Below are positions 14,763 to 28,465 of a DNA stretch of 64,000 bases, in pieces. Positions within the stretch are counted from its first letter, which is position 1, and each line of letters begins with the position of its first letter. The stretch lies in NCBI RefSeq assembly GCF_006345805.1, contig NC_043023.1:17112001-17176000 (forward strand), written 5' to 3'. A model generated the notes under the pieces. The model saw nothing but the letters and a program-made list of their open reading frames with translations, was not told the origin of the DNA and did no database searches. The translations under genes were made by a program, and so were the position numbers. The stretch comes from Octopus sinensis. Taxonomy: Eukaryota.

Positions 14763-15192
14763 TAGGCGTAGGAGTGGCTGTGTGGTAAGTAGCTTGCTTA
14801 CCAACCTCATGGTTCCGGGTTCAATCCCACTGCGTGACACCTTGGGCAAGTGTCTTCTGCTATTTCCTCGGGCCGACTAAAGCCTTGTGAGTGGATTTGG
14901 TGGACGGAAACTGAAAGAATCCCGTCGTATATATGTATAAATATATGTTTGTGTGTGTGTGTGTGTGTGTGTGTTTGTATGTCTGTGTTTGTCCTCCCAA
15001 CATCGCTTGACAACCGATGCTGGTGTGTTTATGTCCCCGTAACTTAGCGGTTCGGCAAAAGGAAGCAGATGGAATAAGTACTAGGCTTACAAAGAATAAG
15101 TCCTGGGGTCGATTTGTTCGAGTAAAGGCGGTGCTCCAGCATGGCCGCAGTCAAATGACTGAAACAAGTAAAGGAGTAAAAGAGTAAAAGAA
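14763..15192 (+). mobile_element. Full-length tRNA-derived SINE (dominant family in this window) with an internal (GT)n
   Basis: ggcgtaggagtggctgtgtgg head, B-box ggttcaatccc, 3' body ending gactgaaacaagtaaaggagtaaaagagta; many dispersed copies in the window. Confidence 0.85.
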
Positions 15193-15680
15193 AGACTTTT
15201 CTGATTTCTCTCAGAAAGGTCTCAAGCGACTTAGTCTGTTCATTTAACCTTAAATCTCCGAACGGATGTTTCTCTTGCTTTCACTTTCACTTTCTCTGTT
15301 TTTACAATTTCTTCTAAACTTATGAACGACCTTTTCATTCCTTTAATGATTTAAATCCACATCCCTGTCTACAATTCTTTCCTCATTCATTGACTCAATC
15401 TTTTTTCGTATTTCTCAATGTATTCAAGATGGTTATTCTTGAACGCTTTAAAACATATGACATATGAGGTGGTGATTAAAGTTGATAAAAATAACAGCTA
15501 ATCAGGCCTTAAATCGTGCACCAAAATATATTTTCTTTCGTTTGTGGTAAATCGGCTGAATTTCCGTGTATAGAATATAAATTCGCCAAAATTCCCCAAA
15601 ATGAAAAAAAACGTTATGAGGGGTTATATATATATATATGTCTGTGTGTGCGTGTGTGCGCGTGTGTGTGTGTATGCGTG

Positions 15681-15785
<105 letters not shown>

Positions 15786-15980
15786 TATATATACATATAA
15801 ATTTAAAATGAGGGTTAGAATTAGACATTTACTTAATTAGATTTATAGCGGATCTATTTTTAGCATAAGTGTGTCCACATACTGGTTTCCCTCTAATATG
15901 TATATGTATATATATATATACATATATATATATATACATATATATATATAGACATATACATATATATATATATGTGTGTG

Positions 15981-16015
<35 letters not shown>

Positions 16016-16021
16016 AGATAA

Positions 16022-16086
<65 letters not shown>

Positions 16087-16134
16087 GATAGAGATATATA
16101 TAAGCACACACACTCACACGCATATATATATTAT

Positions 16135-16181
<47 letters not shown>

Positions 16182-16627
16182 TCAGAAATGCGAAAAGTTT
16201 GTTTGTTTGTTTGTCTGGTTTGGGCATTGAGAACGGGTTAAAGGCCACTAGATCCCGTCGGATTGACTTCTAAATTTACAGAGACATGTAAAATGAGGTG
16301 AGGATGCCAGTGGGCTAGGTTAGAAATCCCCATCTTGAAAGGTGTCGTTGCTAGGGCCAAAAACGCACTTTGACAAGTCTACTCTCATTCTTTTATGTAT
16401 CTGTCTTCCTCCGTCATTCACTCTCTTTCCTCCCTTCCCATCAGTTTCCCTTTATAACGTTGTGTCACGGCATTCTATATCTCCCTCCTCCCCGCTTTTG
16501 ACAGCGCTTTCACACACTCTCACTCTCTCTCTACGTATGTCTGCATTCATAGACAGAATTATCATCGCCAGACAACCACACAATCATGAGAACAAATATT
16601 ATGAATCAGATATTTATTGGGTTAATT

Positions 16628-16685
<58 letters not shown>

Positions 16686-16983
16686 TGTGTGTTCTATATA
16701 TAAATATGTATATTAACCTTTTTAATACTTTTTGATAGTTATATATATATTTTTTTTAATTATAAATATAAATTAATAATTTTAATTTAAATTTAAATAA
16801 TTTAAATTTTTTAATTTTATATTTTAAATATTTTGTATATTATTTTTTTATTTTTATGTTTTCGTTTATGTTTTTCACTGTTTGATTTGCCTGATAGTGG
16901 TTTATAATCTCTAATTTAATTTATTTGATACTCTGTATATATAATGCGTACACACACCACTTATATATATATATACATAATGC

Positions 16984-17018
<35 letters not shown>

Positions 17019-17032
17019 GCGTATATATATAT

Positions 17033-17078
<46 letters not shown>

Positions 17079-17884
17079 GTGTTCATTATGTGGTCGGTTG
17101 TGCTGAAATTATGCACACCTATGTTAAAAGTGCTGGCGAGTTGCATGGAAACTATTTTTTACCTCAAATGAAAGGCGTGACTTCTAGGACAAAATTTCTC
17201 ATCTTATAAAATGTGACCCGAGTAGACCCGAATTGAAATCGGGTTATATTAACCAAAATGTGAAAAGAGGTCTAAATGGGGCTTGAAGGGGATTAAAATT
17301 TACAGGAGCGGGTGTTTAGGAATTCTCTGTTAAATGAAGCTAAAAAATTTGCGCCAGCCTTTAAATCGTCAATGTGTTGCCGTCCATGATGAAGAAGTTT
17401 TGAATGCTTGCCATGGTGAGTCCACTGTCGTGAGAAAGAATCACTTCAAAGCTTGATGTTTAGGAATTTTCTTTTACATCAAGTTCAAAATTTTACGCCA
17501 GCCGTTAAACTGCCACTATGTTACTGTCCGTCGTTAAGAAATACCAGCCATGGTGACTCTACTAACCTCACATTCTATCCTTTCAAACTTTGATTTCCAA
17601 TTTTTTTTTATTTTTATTCAGCTCGCAAGTTCGTCTGTCCCTTTTAAATGCTAGTGTTTTGCTTTCTGCCTTGAAGCAGACCTTTCCGTTGTCACTGCCT
17701 GATATTTATGATTGATCTTTCAAACTACTTTCTTTCTCAATTTACTCAAATTTGTTGTTTATAAATGGGAGAGAGATAGATAGATACAGATGGAGAGTAA
17801 GAGAAAGCTAGGGAGAGTCCGAGAGAAAGGAAGAGTAAGAGAGTGGGAAAGGGAGAGAGAAAGGAGAGAGAAACAAAGAGGGAG

Positions 17885-18205
17885 AATCATCATCATCATC
17901 GTTTAACGTCCATTTTCCATGCCAGCACGGGTTGGACGGTTTGCCCGGGGTCTAGTAAGCCAGGAGGCTGCACCAGGCTCCAGTCTGATCTGGCAGTGTT
18001 TCTACAGCTGGATGCCCTTCCTAACGCCAACCACAGCGTGATTGTAGAGGGTGCTTTTTTCGTGCCACCGGCACAGGTGCCACGGGGGGAGGGGCACTAG
18101 CACCGGCCACGATCGGTTGGTGCTTTTTAAGTGCCAGCGGCACAGAAACCAGTCAAGGCGGCGCTGCCATCGGCCACGTTCGGATGGTGCGTTTTACGTG
18201 CCGAA
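17885..18205 (-). mobile_element. SINE-like dispersed repeat with a (GAT)n tail
   Basis: catcatcatcatcgtttaacgtccattttccatgcc... start; GC-rich body with internal gtgccaccggcac repeats. Confidence 0.55.
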
Positions 18206-18673
18206 AGGATGCAACAGAAAATAACAACCACACACTTACCCGCGCGTAGAGCGGGTCACCTTAAGCTAGTATATATATATATATATATATAGCCAACATT
18301 TGTTTTTGCTATGTCTAAGTTCCTGTAACATAGCAGTTCGGCAAATAGGTCGGAAGGAATAAGTGGTATTCTCAAGAAAGAGAAACACTGGAGTCGGTCT
18401 GTTGGACTAGTCACGTCACTGTGGTGCTCCAGCGTCGCCGTTGTTCAATGAGTGAAAAAAGCAAGCAATGATCAATAAAATCTATTTAGTAAATACGATA
18501 ATGAAGTGGTTTAAGGTATGTGTCCAGGGAGATAACTCTCAACATAAGAAAATATATATTTGAGAGTAGCTTCCCTTAACAAAGGCAACTATGAGCGATC
18601 AATAATTTTAGAGTGTGTGCGTGTCTAGGTATGTATGTATGTATGTATGTATGTATGTATGTATGTATGTATG

Positions 18674-18707
<34 letters not shown>

Positions 18708-18918
18708 TGTATGTATGTGTGTGTGTATGTATGTATGTATGTATGTATGTATGTATGTATGTATGTATGTATGCATGCATGTATGTATGTAATTTCAACA
18801 ATATAAAGGAATGGTCCTGGTAGGCCATTCGTCTCACCAGAAAGAGCAGCCATACTCAAACCGCTAAATAGAAGTAATTCAGAAATCAAAGGAAAATCAA
18901 AATCATTTACCTTAATCA

Positions 18919-19026
18919 TCCTTGGACAATGCATTGTTTCGACGTACTTTTTGGCAAACCAGCCTAATTAAATTAAATTTAATTTAATCAAGTCAATCTA
19001 CCAGTGGCTCGTTTTATCGCCAAGGA
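18919..19026 (-). ncRNA. Second, degenerate hammerhead copy
   Basis: Same stems (stem II closes CGTC-GAAA); core mutated to GCGATAA. Confidence 0.55.
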
Positions 19027-19409
19027 AGCCAGGAGGAATAAATATTCCACGAGGCAGCCCCAACGATGCCTCGGGAATATATACTCTAACTTTTCAAATC
19101 TATCTACCGTAATCGCGCCAACTGTCGCAGCAAATATAAACTGCTGATTTAATTTCAGAATTAGTCAAAAAATCATTAATTAATCAATATAAGGGTAGCA
19201 AAAAATTCAATAGAAATTTTTTTTCGGCACCAGCAGTCCAGTGACAAAGAGAAAATAGTCATAGACTATATATATATATATAATTTCAACAATATAAAGG
19301 AATGGCCCTGGTAGGCCATTCGTCTCACCAGAAAGAGCAGCCGTACTCAAACCGCTAAATAGTAGTAATTCAGAAATCAAAGGAAAATCAAAAACATTTA
19401 CCTTAATCA

Positions 19410-19517
19410 TCCTTGGACAATGCATTGTTTCAACGTACTTTATGGCAAACCAGCCTAATTAAATTAAATTAAATTTAATCAAGTCAATCTACAACTGGCT
19501 CGTCTCATCGGCAAGGA
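19410..19517 (-). ncRNA. Type I hammerhead ribozyme (U4C core variant)
   Basis: Minus strand: TCCTTG-CCGATGA-GACG...CGTT-GAAA-CAATGCATTG-TC/CAAGGA; 6-bp stem I, palindromic stem III, GUC triplet. Confidence 0.75.
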
Positions 19518-19784
19518 AGCCAGGAGGAATAAATATTCCACGAGGCAGCCTCAACGATGCCAACGATGTATGTATGTATGTATGTATGTATGTATGTATG
19601 TATGTATGTATGTATGTATGTATGTATGTATGTATGTATGCATGCATGCATGCATGTATGTATGTATGTATGCATGGATTGATGGATGAACGTACATATG
19701 TATGTATGTATATATGTATTTATGTATGTATGTATGTATGTATGTATGTGTATGTGTATGTATGTATGTATGTATGTATGTAGG

Positions 19785-20330
19785 TACATGCACATCCCCA
19801 TACCGTGCATGTATACTAACATCGCTCCTTTACTCATGTGAGACATGGAACCTTTACAAACGTCATGTAAGGGTCCTTGAACACTTTCATCAGAGATGTC
19901 TGAGACACATTCTGAATGTTGGCTGGACCTTAAAAACTGCAAGCACACAGGTCTTGAGGAAAGCTGATGTCCTGAGGATTGAGGCGACGATGCACAAGCA
20001 CTGGTTACGTTGGACTGGACACCTTATTAGAATGAAGGATAGCAGGATCCCTAAACAGATGCTATACGGGGAACTTGTGAGCGGGAAAAGGCTGCGATTT
20101 AAGGATTGTGTCAAGTCCTCATTAAAGGCCTGTGATATGCAGGAGACAGACTGGGAGAGCAATGCCTGTCATTGCCACAGATGGAAGAAGCATGTTAAGG
20201 AAGGGGTCGGCACCTTTGAGAGAGCATATATTCAGCATGAAGGACTTAAGCCTGCTGCTCGAAAACGCATGGCTCGTGTAGTGAATGGAGAAAGCTTGGT
20301 CTGCAATGTTTGCAGTCGTGTATGAATGTC
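19785..20330 (+). mobile_element. RTE-clade LINE 3' fragment
   Basis: LLYSCETW...FHQRCLRHIL...LRWTGHLIRM.DSRIPKQMLYGEL..G.RLRFKD. Confidence 0.9.
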
Positions 20331-20613
20331 AAGAGCAGGACTCATTAGCCCCCAACGGAGCTGCAAATGCAAAATATAAGTTAGTCCTAGAGCTCAGAAT
20401 ATTCCTAAGGGTCGCAAGGGTCTTCCTTGGTCACGAGTGGACGGCCATCATGTATCACCATGTCTATACACACACACCACACAACACATGTATATAAATG
20501 AATATATATACGTATATAGATGTGTGTATATATATGGTATGTATTATGTATATATGTATATATACATACATATATATATTTATGCATGCATACTTACATA
20601 CATACATACATAC

Positions 20614-20692
<79 letters not shown>

Positions 20693-20710
20693 ATTGTATA
20701 TTTTTCAGGA

Positions 20711-21041
20711 ATGGAAACAACAATTCAGTACCATTCGATTCCTCTTCTGCTGCCAGCTTTGACACTTTTGCTTTTCGTGACTCTTGTAACTGCCGGAGAA
20801 CCAACGAATAGAGATGGTCTCTTCAGAAAAACCACAACATCAAAATGCTTAATTGATGAGAATAAAACAACTGACGACGCGTCATCTCTTACAGAATGTT
20901 CATTTCGGTGTATTTCCCGCGATGAGTGCCAATATTTTAGCTATTGTAATGGCCCGTGTTATATGCATCGATCGCTTTACAACGAAGAAATTAAAGATCA
21001 GGATTGCGCATGTTTATCGTATATTTTACTCTCCGGAAACA
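20711..21041 (+). CDS. Coding exon 1 of a secreted PAN/apple-domain protein (signal peptide plus PAN-like domain)
   Basis: Acceptor ttttcag at 20708; ATG at 20711; hydrophobic LLLPALTLLLFVTLVTAG; SSLTECSFRCISRDECQYFSYCNGPC; donor A/GTATGT at 21042 (phase 1). Confidence 0.85.
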
Positions 21042-21123
21042 GTATGTAAATCACAATTTTCTGGCATATTTTTCCTAATTTCTGTAGTATATTTTCATCA
21101 TTATCCCAATTGTTTTATAAACG

Positions 21124-21188
<65 letters not shown>

Positions 21189-21237
21189 CACACACACGCA
21201 CACACATTTATGTATGTATGTATTCTGCCATTCTATT

Positions 21238-21430
21238 ATTTGTTTCAGTCATTTGTGGCCATGCTGGAGCACCGCCTTTAGTCGAGCAAATCGATCCAAC
21301 GACTTATTCTTTGTAAGCCTAGTACTTATTCTATCGGGCTCTTTTGCGGAACTCCTAAGTAACGGGTGACATAAACACACCAGCATCGGTTGTCAAGTGA
21401 TGTTAGGGGGACAAACACAAACACACAAAC
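21238..21430 (-). mobile_element. 3' part of the dominant SINE
   Basis: Reverse complement of 14985-15190. Confidence 0.8.
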
Positions 21431-21489
21431 ATACACACACACACTTATATATAGATATACATATATATTATTTTAGGAAAGATCTTTGC

Positions 21490-22100
21490 TCCAATACCCT
21501 TGAACGGTCTCCATGTCATCGCAGAAAGAATCCTTCCAGAATCCCAGTGTGTTTTCCGAGCATTACTTGGAACCATAGACACGATCTGCGCCAGACAATT
21601 CCAAAACAAGTATCGAGAACAACAAAACCGTATTTTCCTTATCTTTTATGATCTGCAAAATGTTTTTGATAGAGTACCAAGACCAGCCATATGGACGGCC
21701 CTTGATTATTTCTTCTCCCTGATCATACAATGGTATGACTGGGCGTTTCCTTCATCGTGATGGACTCTCAGAAGAATTACCAATTACATCTGGAATGAAA
21801 CATGTTTTCGTTCCCGCAACTATGCTTTTCTCCCTATAATTGCTGCAACGATCTATGAACTTCCCTTGGATCAGCTGGGAAAGGACATCAGATATCGTTT
21901 TGATGAAAGGCTCTTTAGCCTGGTGAGGTTTCGGTCAAAGAATCTTACCAGTTCCAAGCGAATCTCAGAACGTCACTTTGTCGATGTCAACATGGTCACT
22001 CGGTCACTCAAGCTTAGAACCGCAAAAAGCTGTCAGTTATTTCACCATTGCGTATCAACGTTTTGAGCTCACTGTAAATTCTAAGAAATCTCAGTTCTTC
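21490..22100 (+). mobile_element. Degenerate RTE-clade RT fragment (intronic)
   Basis: ILPESQCVFR...TIDTICARQFQ.KYREQ...LIFYDL..VFDRVPR.AIW. Confidence 0.8.
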
Positions 22101-22329
22101 GCCTAATCAATCCCGAATTCTGCCCTTCTGGACTTTAACATCATAATTTCGGGCACACCACTGGAACGAGTTAATCACTTTGCATGCCTTAGAAGTGTGC
22201 TTTCCACCAAACACAATCTTGAGCGAGATGTGGAACGAGGAATTGGACCGGTTCACACAGCTTTCTTTGAAATAAATAAATGTCTTTCCTGAAAAATCCT
22301 GGAAACTTCTGGAATGCACACCTGTTTCT

Positions 22330-22770
22330 TTAAAATCCTATTGGTGTCAGAAAAAGTTTACACAGATATGACCGTCATCGGTTGAGGCTGGAGCGTTTGC
22401 TAAATTAAATGCGCCTAAGCGTAAGCGGCCCTTATCAATGGGAGAAATCCAGTCGTAAATAGATGATTTAAACAGCGATGAAGAAGTGTTTTTCTGATTT
22501 TCTGTCATCATCAATTGAAGCAGATGATGTTGAAAATGATGTTTCAGATAATACAGAAAAAAATAATGCTGCAACTAGCTCTGGATGGAAAAAGTGCACC
22601 GATTCTTCTCCATTTGTACGGTTGTTTAAGACCAACAATTATTTTAGTTTTTGTGCTTAATTTAATGAAAATAAATATAAAAATTAGCTTTATGAAAAAG
22701 AGGTTTTTTTCGATTATTGCCTGTTTGTAACAACATTCATGCAACACTTTTCCGCCGTTTAAGGGTTAAC
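22330..22770 (+). mobile_element. Possible piggyBac-like remnant
   Basis: Acidic SDEEVF...EADDVENDVSD stretch; ends aaggg-TTAA; no matching left end found. Confidence 0.3.
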
Positions 22771-22809
22771 ATCTTGTTTGTATACTTACATTTTTTATTG
22801 CTGATACAG

Positions 22810-22901
22810 GTACAAGCTGGCAGAAAGTATTTGAGATGACCCCAAACTCATTTAAGAAAAGCCCTATTTATTTGTACTGGGACAATTTGCCTATTGAAAA
22901 G
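22810..22901 (+). CDS. Coding exon 2 of the PAN-domain gene
   Basis: tttattgctgatacag acceptor, phase 1 in, open frame (S)TSWQKVFEMTPNSFKKSPIYLYWDNLPIEK, AAG/GTAATG donor (phase 0). Confidence 0.85.
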
Positions 22902-24643
22902 GTAATGAATTTTTAGAATTTCAAGATGATTCTCATTGAATAACCAATCTACATATTTGTTGCTGTTTTACAATAATTACTAGTGTTTTCTTTTAAATGT
23001 TTAATTTCAGCTTCTGATGTTTGTTTCCTTTTTAAAATCTATCTTTTCTGGTTAGCAAGTTTCTTTGGCGGGGTTTCACGATAGAACTAGATCCAGACTA
23101 ATTTTCCTTCTAAATTTCAATGGAATATTGTGCAGCGTTTTCATTTGGCGGCAAGAGTGTTGCTATAAAATATACACGACGCATAGAAACCTATTCCTCT
23201 CGTATTTATTTCTCCTTTTTTTTTCTGTTTCACTAGCGAGACTTGGGGACTAATGTCCGGCCTTTTATTTAGATTTTCATCATTTTCGCCGGGTATCGGT
23301 TTGTATGTTTCTGTTTTTCGTGACATTTACATTTATATGTGCCTAGCAAACACCTTTCCGCAGCAGCTGAACTCCTCATCTACCATTCCTTTACCTCTTC
23401 CTTTCTCATTGTCCATTTCCGGTCCATATCCATTTCGTTTTCTCCGTTTCTATTTGATCCTTTATTCTCCCCCCGTGGTCCGGGATCATGTGGGCATGAT
23501 TTCCCCATGCTTTTTCGATGCAATTTTTCACCAGATCGGGCTGCAAACCCTTTTGATCCTTCGTTACGCTGTCGCACTCTCAAGCATCTCTCCGCTTTGT
23601 CATCCCTCTTTCTGGATTGTCAGCAAGTCCTTCCCTACAGTCAGTATCTGAGGAACTTCAACCGTGTTTCGTGGTCTGCTACCACAACAGCTCCTTTATA
23701 GGATTCAGTTAGCTCAAGACATCATCAGAAGGAACCACGTCCGGTTTCAGCCCCTACTCCTCTTTCGAAGGTGTTTTCAGCTTTGGTGTTGGGTGCATGT
23801 CTTCTTTCTTCTTTCTTCTGCTCCCTGGACTCTTCGATGTATCGTCAACGAGTGTCAACGGGCGACTGTCTTGCATTTTGAAAGGAAGAGGTGAAATGAT
23901 GAAGTTTAGGTCGAGATTTGTGAATATGTAGATGGTGTGGCAAAAATAAGAATGCTTTTCCCTCGAGACGAACTTCAGAACAGGGTATATAGTTACACTC
24001 CACCAAGGCCAAAAGATCATGATGGACATACCTACACGCGTACCTACCCACAACACCTGGCCAGAAACTACTATCCTTCTGACATCCGCTCCTCACGTCC
24101 ATGAAAAATGCTGTTCAAATGTCCCGCTTCTCGACGTGACGTCACTTCCCCTTCCGGTCCTGATGTCTCCCTTCATTCCTCCACAGAATATCAATGTGAC
24201 ATTGTTGATGGGAGATTGATTCTTGTTGTTTTTATCCTTTGTTTTTGTCCTGGATTTTGTCAGGGTCTTCTACTTCCCACAGATGCAACGAAACTTTTTA
24301 TAAAGACTCCGAAATCCCGACTCATTAGTTATTAATCCGATTCTCTGTCTCATAAATCCAAACTCTTTCTCGCCATCTTAATCTTGCACTTCAGTCGCTA
24401 CTTTGTATTTTATCCTCTCACTTTCACTCCCTCTCTCTCTCCTTTCTCTCCGTCTCCTCCTTTTTCACTTCTCTAATCTTTTTCTCTTTTACTCTGAAAC
24501 TCTCTCACACTCTTCCTTCACTTTTCTTTATATCTCCTTCTCACCCTCCTACTCTCTTCCTATATAACAACCCAGTCCCCTTTCTCTTACCCCCCTTACT
24601 CTTTTAGATTCTTTACTGATCCGAGTCAACTTTCTGTTTTCAG

Positions 24644-24786
24644 GTGAAATTTCAGTTGAGCGGAATAGTCTCTTTCACGTATATTTTCAACGGCAGAGGG
24701 ATGACTTCTACATCGTGGTTCCAAAAAGATAATCTCATTTCAGGTCCAAATGTCGCTCAGTTATATTCCTATACGTTCAATAACAA
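24644..24786 (+). CDS. Coding exon 3 of the PAN-domain gene
   Basis: tttctgttttcag acceptor; VKFQLSGIVSFTYIFNGRGMTSTSWFQKDNLISGPNVAQLYSYTFNN; AA/GTATGT donor (phase 2); paralog at 63134-63284. Confidence 0.85.
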
Positions 24787-24877
24787 GTATGTATAAATTA
24801 TCTTCTTACTCATTATTAACATCTTTAATGATTTAATGATAATAAAAATAATGATTTCTCTCATAGGTACAGAATCA

Positions 24878-25925
24878 CGTATTTTAAATAATAATAATAA
24901 TAATAATGAAATTATTGTATACAGTGCTCAGGTGCACCACAACTTGTCAGAAAGTGCATATAAAGTACATGCAGTAATGTAGAAATGTCTGGAAAGCGAA
25001 CAATGTATGAGTCAGATACATGCTTGTGTGTGTATGGAGGAGAGAAAATCAGGTGTAGTGTTGGTGAATCTCAGGAAGCATGGAGGTTTTGAAGGATGCA
25101 GTGCTCCGACAACTAACAACTGATGCCGACAGTTTGTTCCATGCTTCAGTAACTCTCAGCGTGAAAAAATGTTTCTGAAGTCATGGGAGCTGTGCTGTTT
25201 CTTACTTTGTAAATATGTCCACGGGTGTTAGATGGGTGGAGTTTGAAAAGGTGCTCAGAGTTATTGTTTGTACGATGGTTGATAATTTTATGGGTGTCTG
25301 CCAAGTCAGCTGCCAGACGTCGGAGTTCAATGTGTCCATGCTCAGAGAAGTAAGGCGTTCAGGATATGGCAAATGCCTGATGGAGGGTATTCTTTTGGTT
25401 GCACGTCGCTGAACAGCTTCCAGACGATTGAATCCTGGGCAAGATAAGGGTTCCAGACCGGTGATGCAAATTCCAGGTGAGGTCTTACCATAGCTATATA
25501 AAGCCGCAGAAGATAGCCGGAGAGCGGCTCACAAAGGATTTGGTGAGTGATGCCAAGACACCCTCAGCCTTTGGACAATTTAGCGATGTGTTTTGTCCAA
25601 CGCCAATCACTGTCGACAATAACACCAGGTCACGTTCACATGAAGACTTTTTGAGACTAGTGTTGTGGAGGGAGTAGGTGGACGCTGGGTTTCTCCTCCA
25701 AAATGCATGGTGGTACATTGTCTACAGCCAGCGTGAGTTGCCAGTCCATGATCCACTGCTGCATTGTGTCCAGGTCTGCTTGCAATAGAGATCTATAGTG
25801 TACAGGATTTGACCTCTTTATTTCGAGTACAGCTTGATGTCATCTGCATATTTCAGCACTGTGGAATTCTTTAATTTGGCATCTATGTCATTAACATATG
25901 CAACAAATAAAAGGGGGCCAAGAAC
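24878..25925 (-). mobile_element. CR1/L2-type LINE 3' fragment in intron 3, left arm only
   Basis: Minus-strand frames give MVRPHLEFAS.VW.PYL..D..RLEAVQRRATK...ERL..L; (TTA)n tail; empty site at ~63030. Confidence 0.85.
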
Positions 25926-26154
25926 AGAGGTGAAGTCGATTTTATTACTTACTTTATTGCTATTATTTTACCGACCCTAAAATAATGGAAGGCTTTGGTA
26001 GAATTTCCGATCAAAATCTTAAGGGACGAAACTATCGCAAGGTATATTGCTTGGCACTTCACCGGTTCTCACACTCACCCATTTCATTGTTGTAGTACTA
26101 GTAGCAGAGGTGGTAGTGGTCGCGGCGATGATAGTAGTAGTAGTAGTAGTAGTT

Positions 26155-26186
<32 letters not shown>

Positions 26187-26254
26187 CCTGTCTGCTATAG
26201 GCACAAGATCTGCAATTTGGGGTAAGGGGGGATTGTTTATTGCTTAATTGGTAC

Positions 26255-26399
26255 TTAATTGGTAATTAATTATTTCATCGACCCCCGAAAGGATAAAATT
26301 AATCTCGGCGGAATTTGAACTCAGAACGTAAAGACGAATAAATTGTTGCTAAGCATTTTGTCCGGAACGCTAACAATTCTGCCAGCTCGCCGCCTTCTA

Positions 26400-26400
<1 letters not shown>
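26255..26400 (-). mobile_element. SINE (ggcgagctggcagaa... family)
   Basis: tcgacccc...gaatttgaactcagaacgtaaagac; further copies at ~27170-27350, 40140-40470, 58030-58210 and 62480-62620. Confidence 0.75.
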
Positions 26401-26467
<67 letters not shown>

Positions 26468-26474
26468 GATGATA

Positions 26475-26530
<56 letters not shown>

Positions 26531-27088
26531 AAATGCCCTGATGCAGTACCAGGCAGTGGCTCTCATGGCTTCTGATCTTAATTGATTGGAAGTGTTATCA
26601 CGTACATTGTTTTGTCTTGGTATAAAAGATGGTCTACAGCAAATATTCTCCTCAATACCACAGATTTGCTTGTCAGTTGTTTGATCCTAACCAGTTGAGC
26701 ATGACCCTTGGTGGCTGACGATATGGGCATCTCTGATCACGAGCAGAAGTAGTTGGGGAGCACCATAGCCATGTGTTGAGAGGAATTCTTTGGCGTTTGG
26801 ATAATTCACCTCTGGAAACATGGGGGTTTCGTTCAACATCCTAAAACAACCCTTATTCAGGGACCTATTGACAGGATGGGTTACTCGACCTGAAGAAAAT
26901 TCTAACTGGGCCCCACCTTCAAGGTCATGCGCTGTTTATCTTGATATGAGATTACCATGTCGCGCGCATATGGTTGTGATGCATGTGCCTGGTGTACCCT
27001 TTTCAGTCGGGTAGTCATGATGGGTTATACTGGATATCGTATAATTTACCCCGGGGTCACTTTGATGGCATGCACTGCTCTCTCACTC

Positions 27089-27090
<2 letters not shown>
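26531..27090. mobile_element. ~560-bp non-coding insertion within a (TAA)n/(TGA)n microsatellite
   Basis: Flanked by trinucleotide repeats; absent from the paralogous site, which holds the R4/Dong element instead. Confidence 0.65.
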
Positions 27091-27131
<41 letters not shown>

Positions 27132-28361
27132 TAATAATAATAATATAATAATAATAATAATAATAACAATATAATAATCCTATCTACTGGAGGCATAAGG
27201 CCTCAAACTTGAGGCGAAGCAGCTAGTCAATTACATCAACTGGTACTTATTTCATCGACCCCGAAACGATGAAAGGCAAAGTCGACCTCGACGGAATTTG
27301 AACTCAGAACGTCAAGGCGGATGAAATGCCGCTAATCATTTCGCCCGGCGAGAAAAACTAATTACTGGTACTTTTTAAGTAAGAAATCAGTCACAACTCA
27401 GAGGACGGAAATATACATATAAAAACAATACCAATACAAGGTGAAAAGATAAAAACATATTTTTAACATACGTACTTTTCCCGTCATAAACTTGATTGTA
27501 TAAAACTGCTTTTTTAATTAGAAAATGAGGTTGGAAACTGTATCTTTAAGCTGGCCACTTTCTGCGCTGGATTTACACTCGAAATTAAACTAAAAATCCC
27601 TTCCCCGTCAATCCACTTTAATTAATGGCACATATAATTATCGGTCCATCAACTTGCTGTCCCTCCATTGTATCTCTTCTACCATTATTAAAATGAATTT
27701 CTGCCCCATCAAACTGTATAACTGCTGCCCAAAGCCGCTGGGTACATTTACCAGCCCTTTTTTCTGACAGCCAATTTGAGTCTCATTCGTATCAGACACA
27801 TTTCCTAAAACTTCCATTTTAGAACCACAGTATTCTGACGCCCCATCTCTAATCCCCATTTCCCAAAATACACCCGTTGACACAAGCAGGGGTTGCATAG
27901 CAACTGTTTCGTCTTTTAGAGCTAAAAACACGGCATCGAGTAAAAAAAAAATACGTGATTCTGATGGTAGAACAAGCGGGAGCTGATGGAATATCATGTT
28001 TTCTATAAGAATCTGCATTTGTTTCCACTCAACACTGTACTATCGCTAGTCGATATAGTTCGACATCCATTCTATCTACGAAAGAAATAGGACCGGATTG
28101 TCATGGTTGGAATGACTTTTAACCACAGATCTCCTTGATCAAAGCCGAACTGAAGCTAAATCAATAAGTCCTGGATTACCCAAATTACGTTGTTTTTACT
28201 TTCTACTTCATGAATAAATTGGTTTTGAAAGACTAAAATCAGATATGAAATGATAAACTCGTTGATTTCATTAAACTGAACTGATTGCTATAAACACAGT
28301 CGTAAAACCTTTCTGTGTAATAATTTGCATTAATCTATGAATTGTAATATATTAGTTTCAG

Positions 28362-28465
28362 TTACCCAGAATTTAACATCACGTATTCTACCGACAATCG
28401 GATACAAGCCAAAAGACTAAGTGGAATTGACGAAAAGTACGATATTTATTTCAAAACAAATATTG
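28362..28465 (+). CDS. Coding exon 4 of the PAN-domain gene
   Basis: attagtttcag acceptor, phase 2 in, open (N)YPEFNITYSTDNRIQAKRLSGIDEKYDIYFKTNI, G/GTAAGT donor. Confidence 0.7.

Larger units (their letters stand above)
18790..19568 (-). mobile_element. Non-coding 491-bp partial-tandem element with two hammerhead copies (retrozyme-like) inside (TATG)n
   Basis: 18790-19070 is repeated at 19281-19561; flanked by (TATG)n on both sides. Confidence 0.75.

Noticed and set aside
25995-26041. Possible AG...GT mini-exon (KISDQNLKGRNYRK)
   Set aside because: The sequence is a decayed copy of the tcgacccc...gacgaaa SINE; exon 4 at 28362 fits better.
27638-28018. 126-aa minus-strand ORF, partly shared with 57405-57632
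   Set aside because: The reading frame is not preserved in the paralog and no domain is recognised; at most a very decayed Tc1-like remnant.
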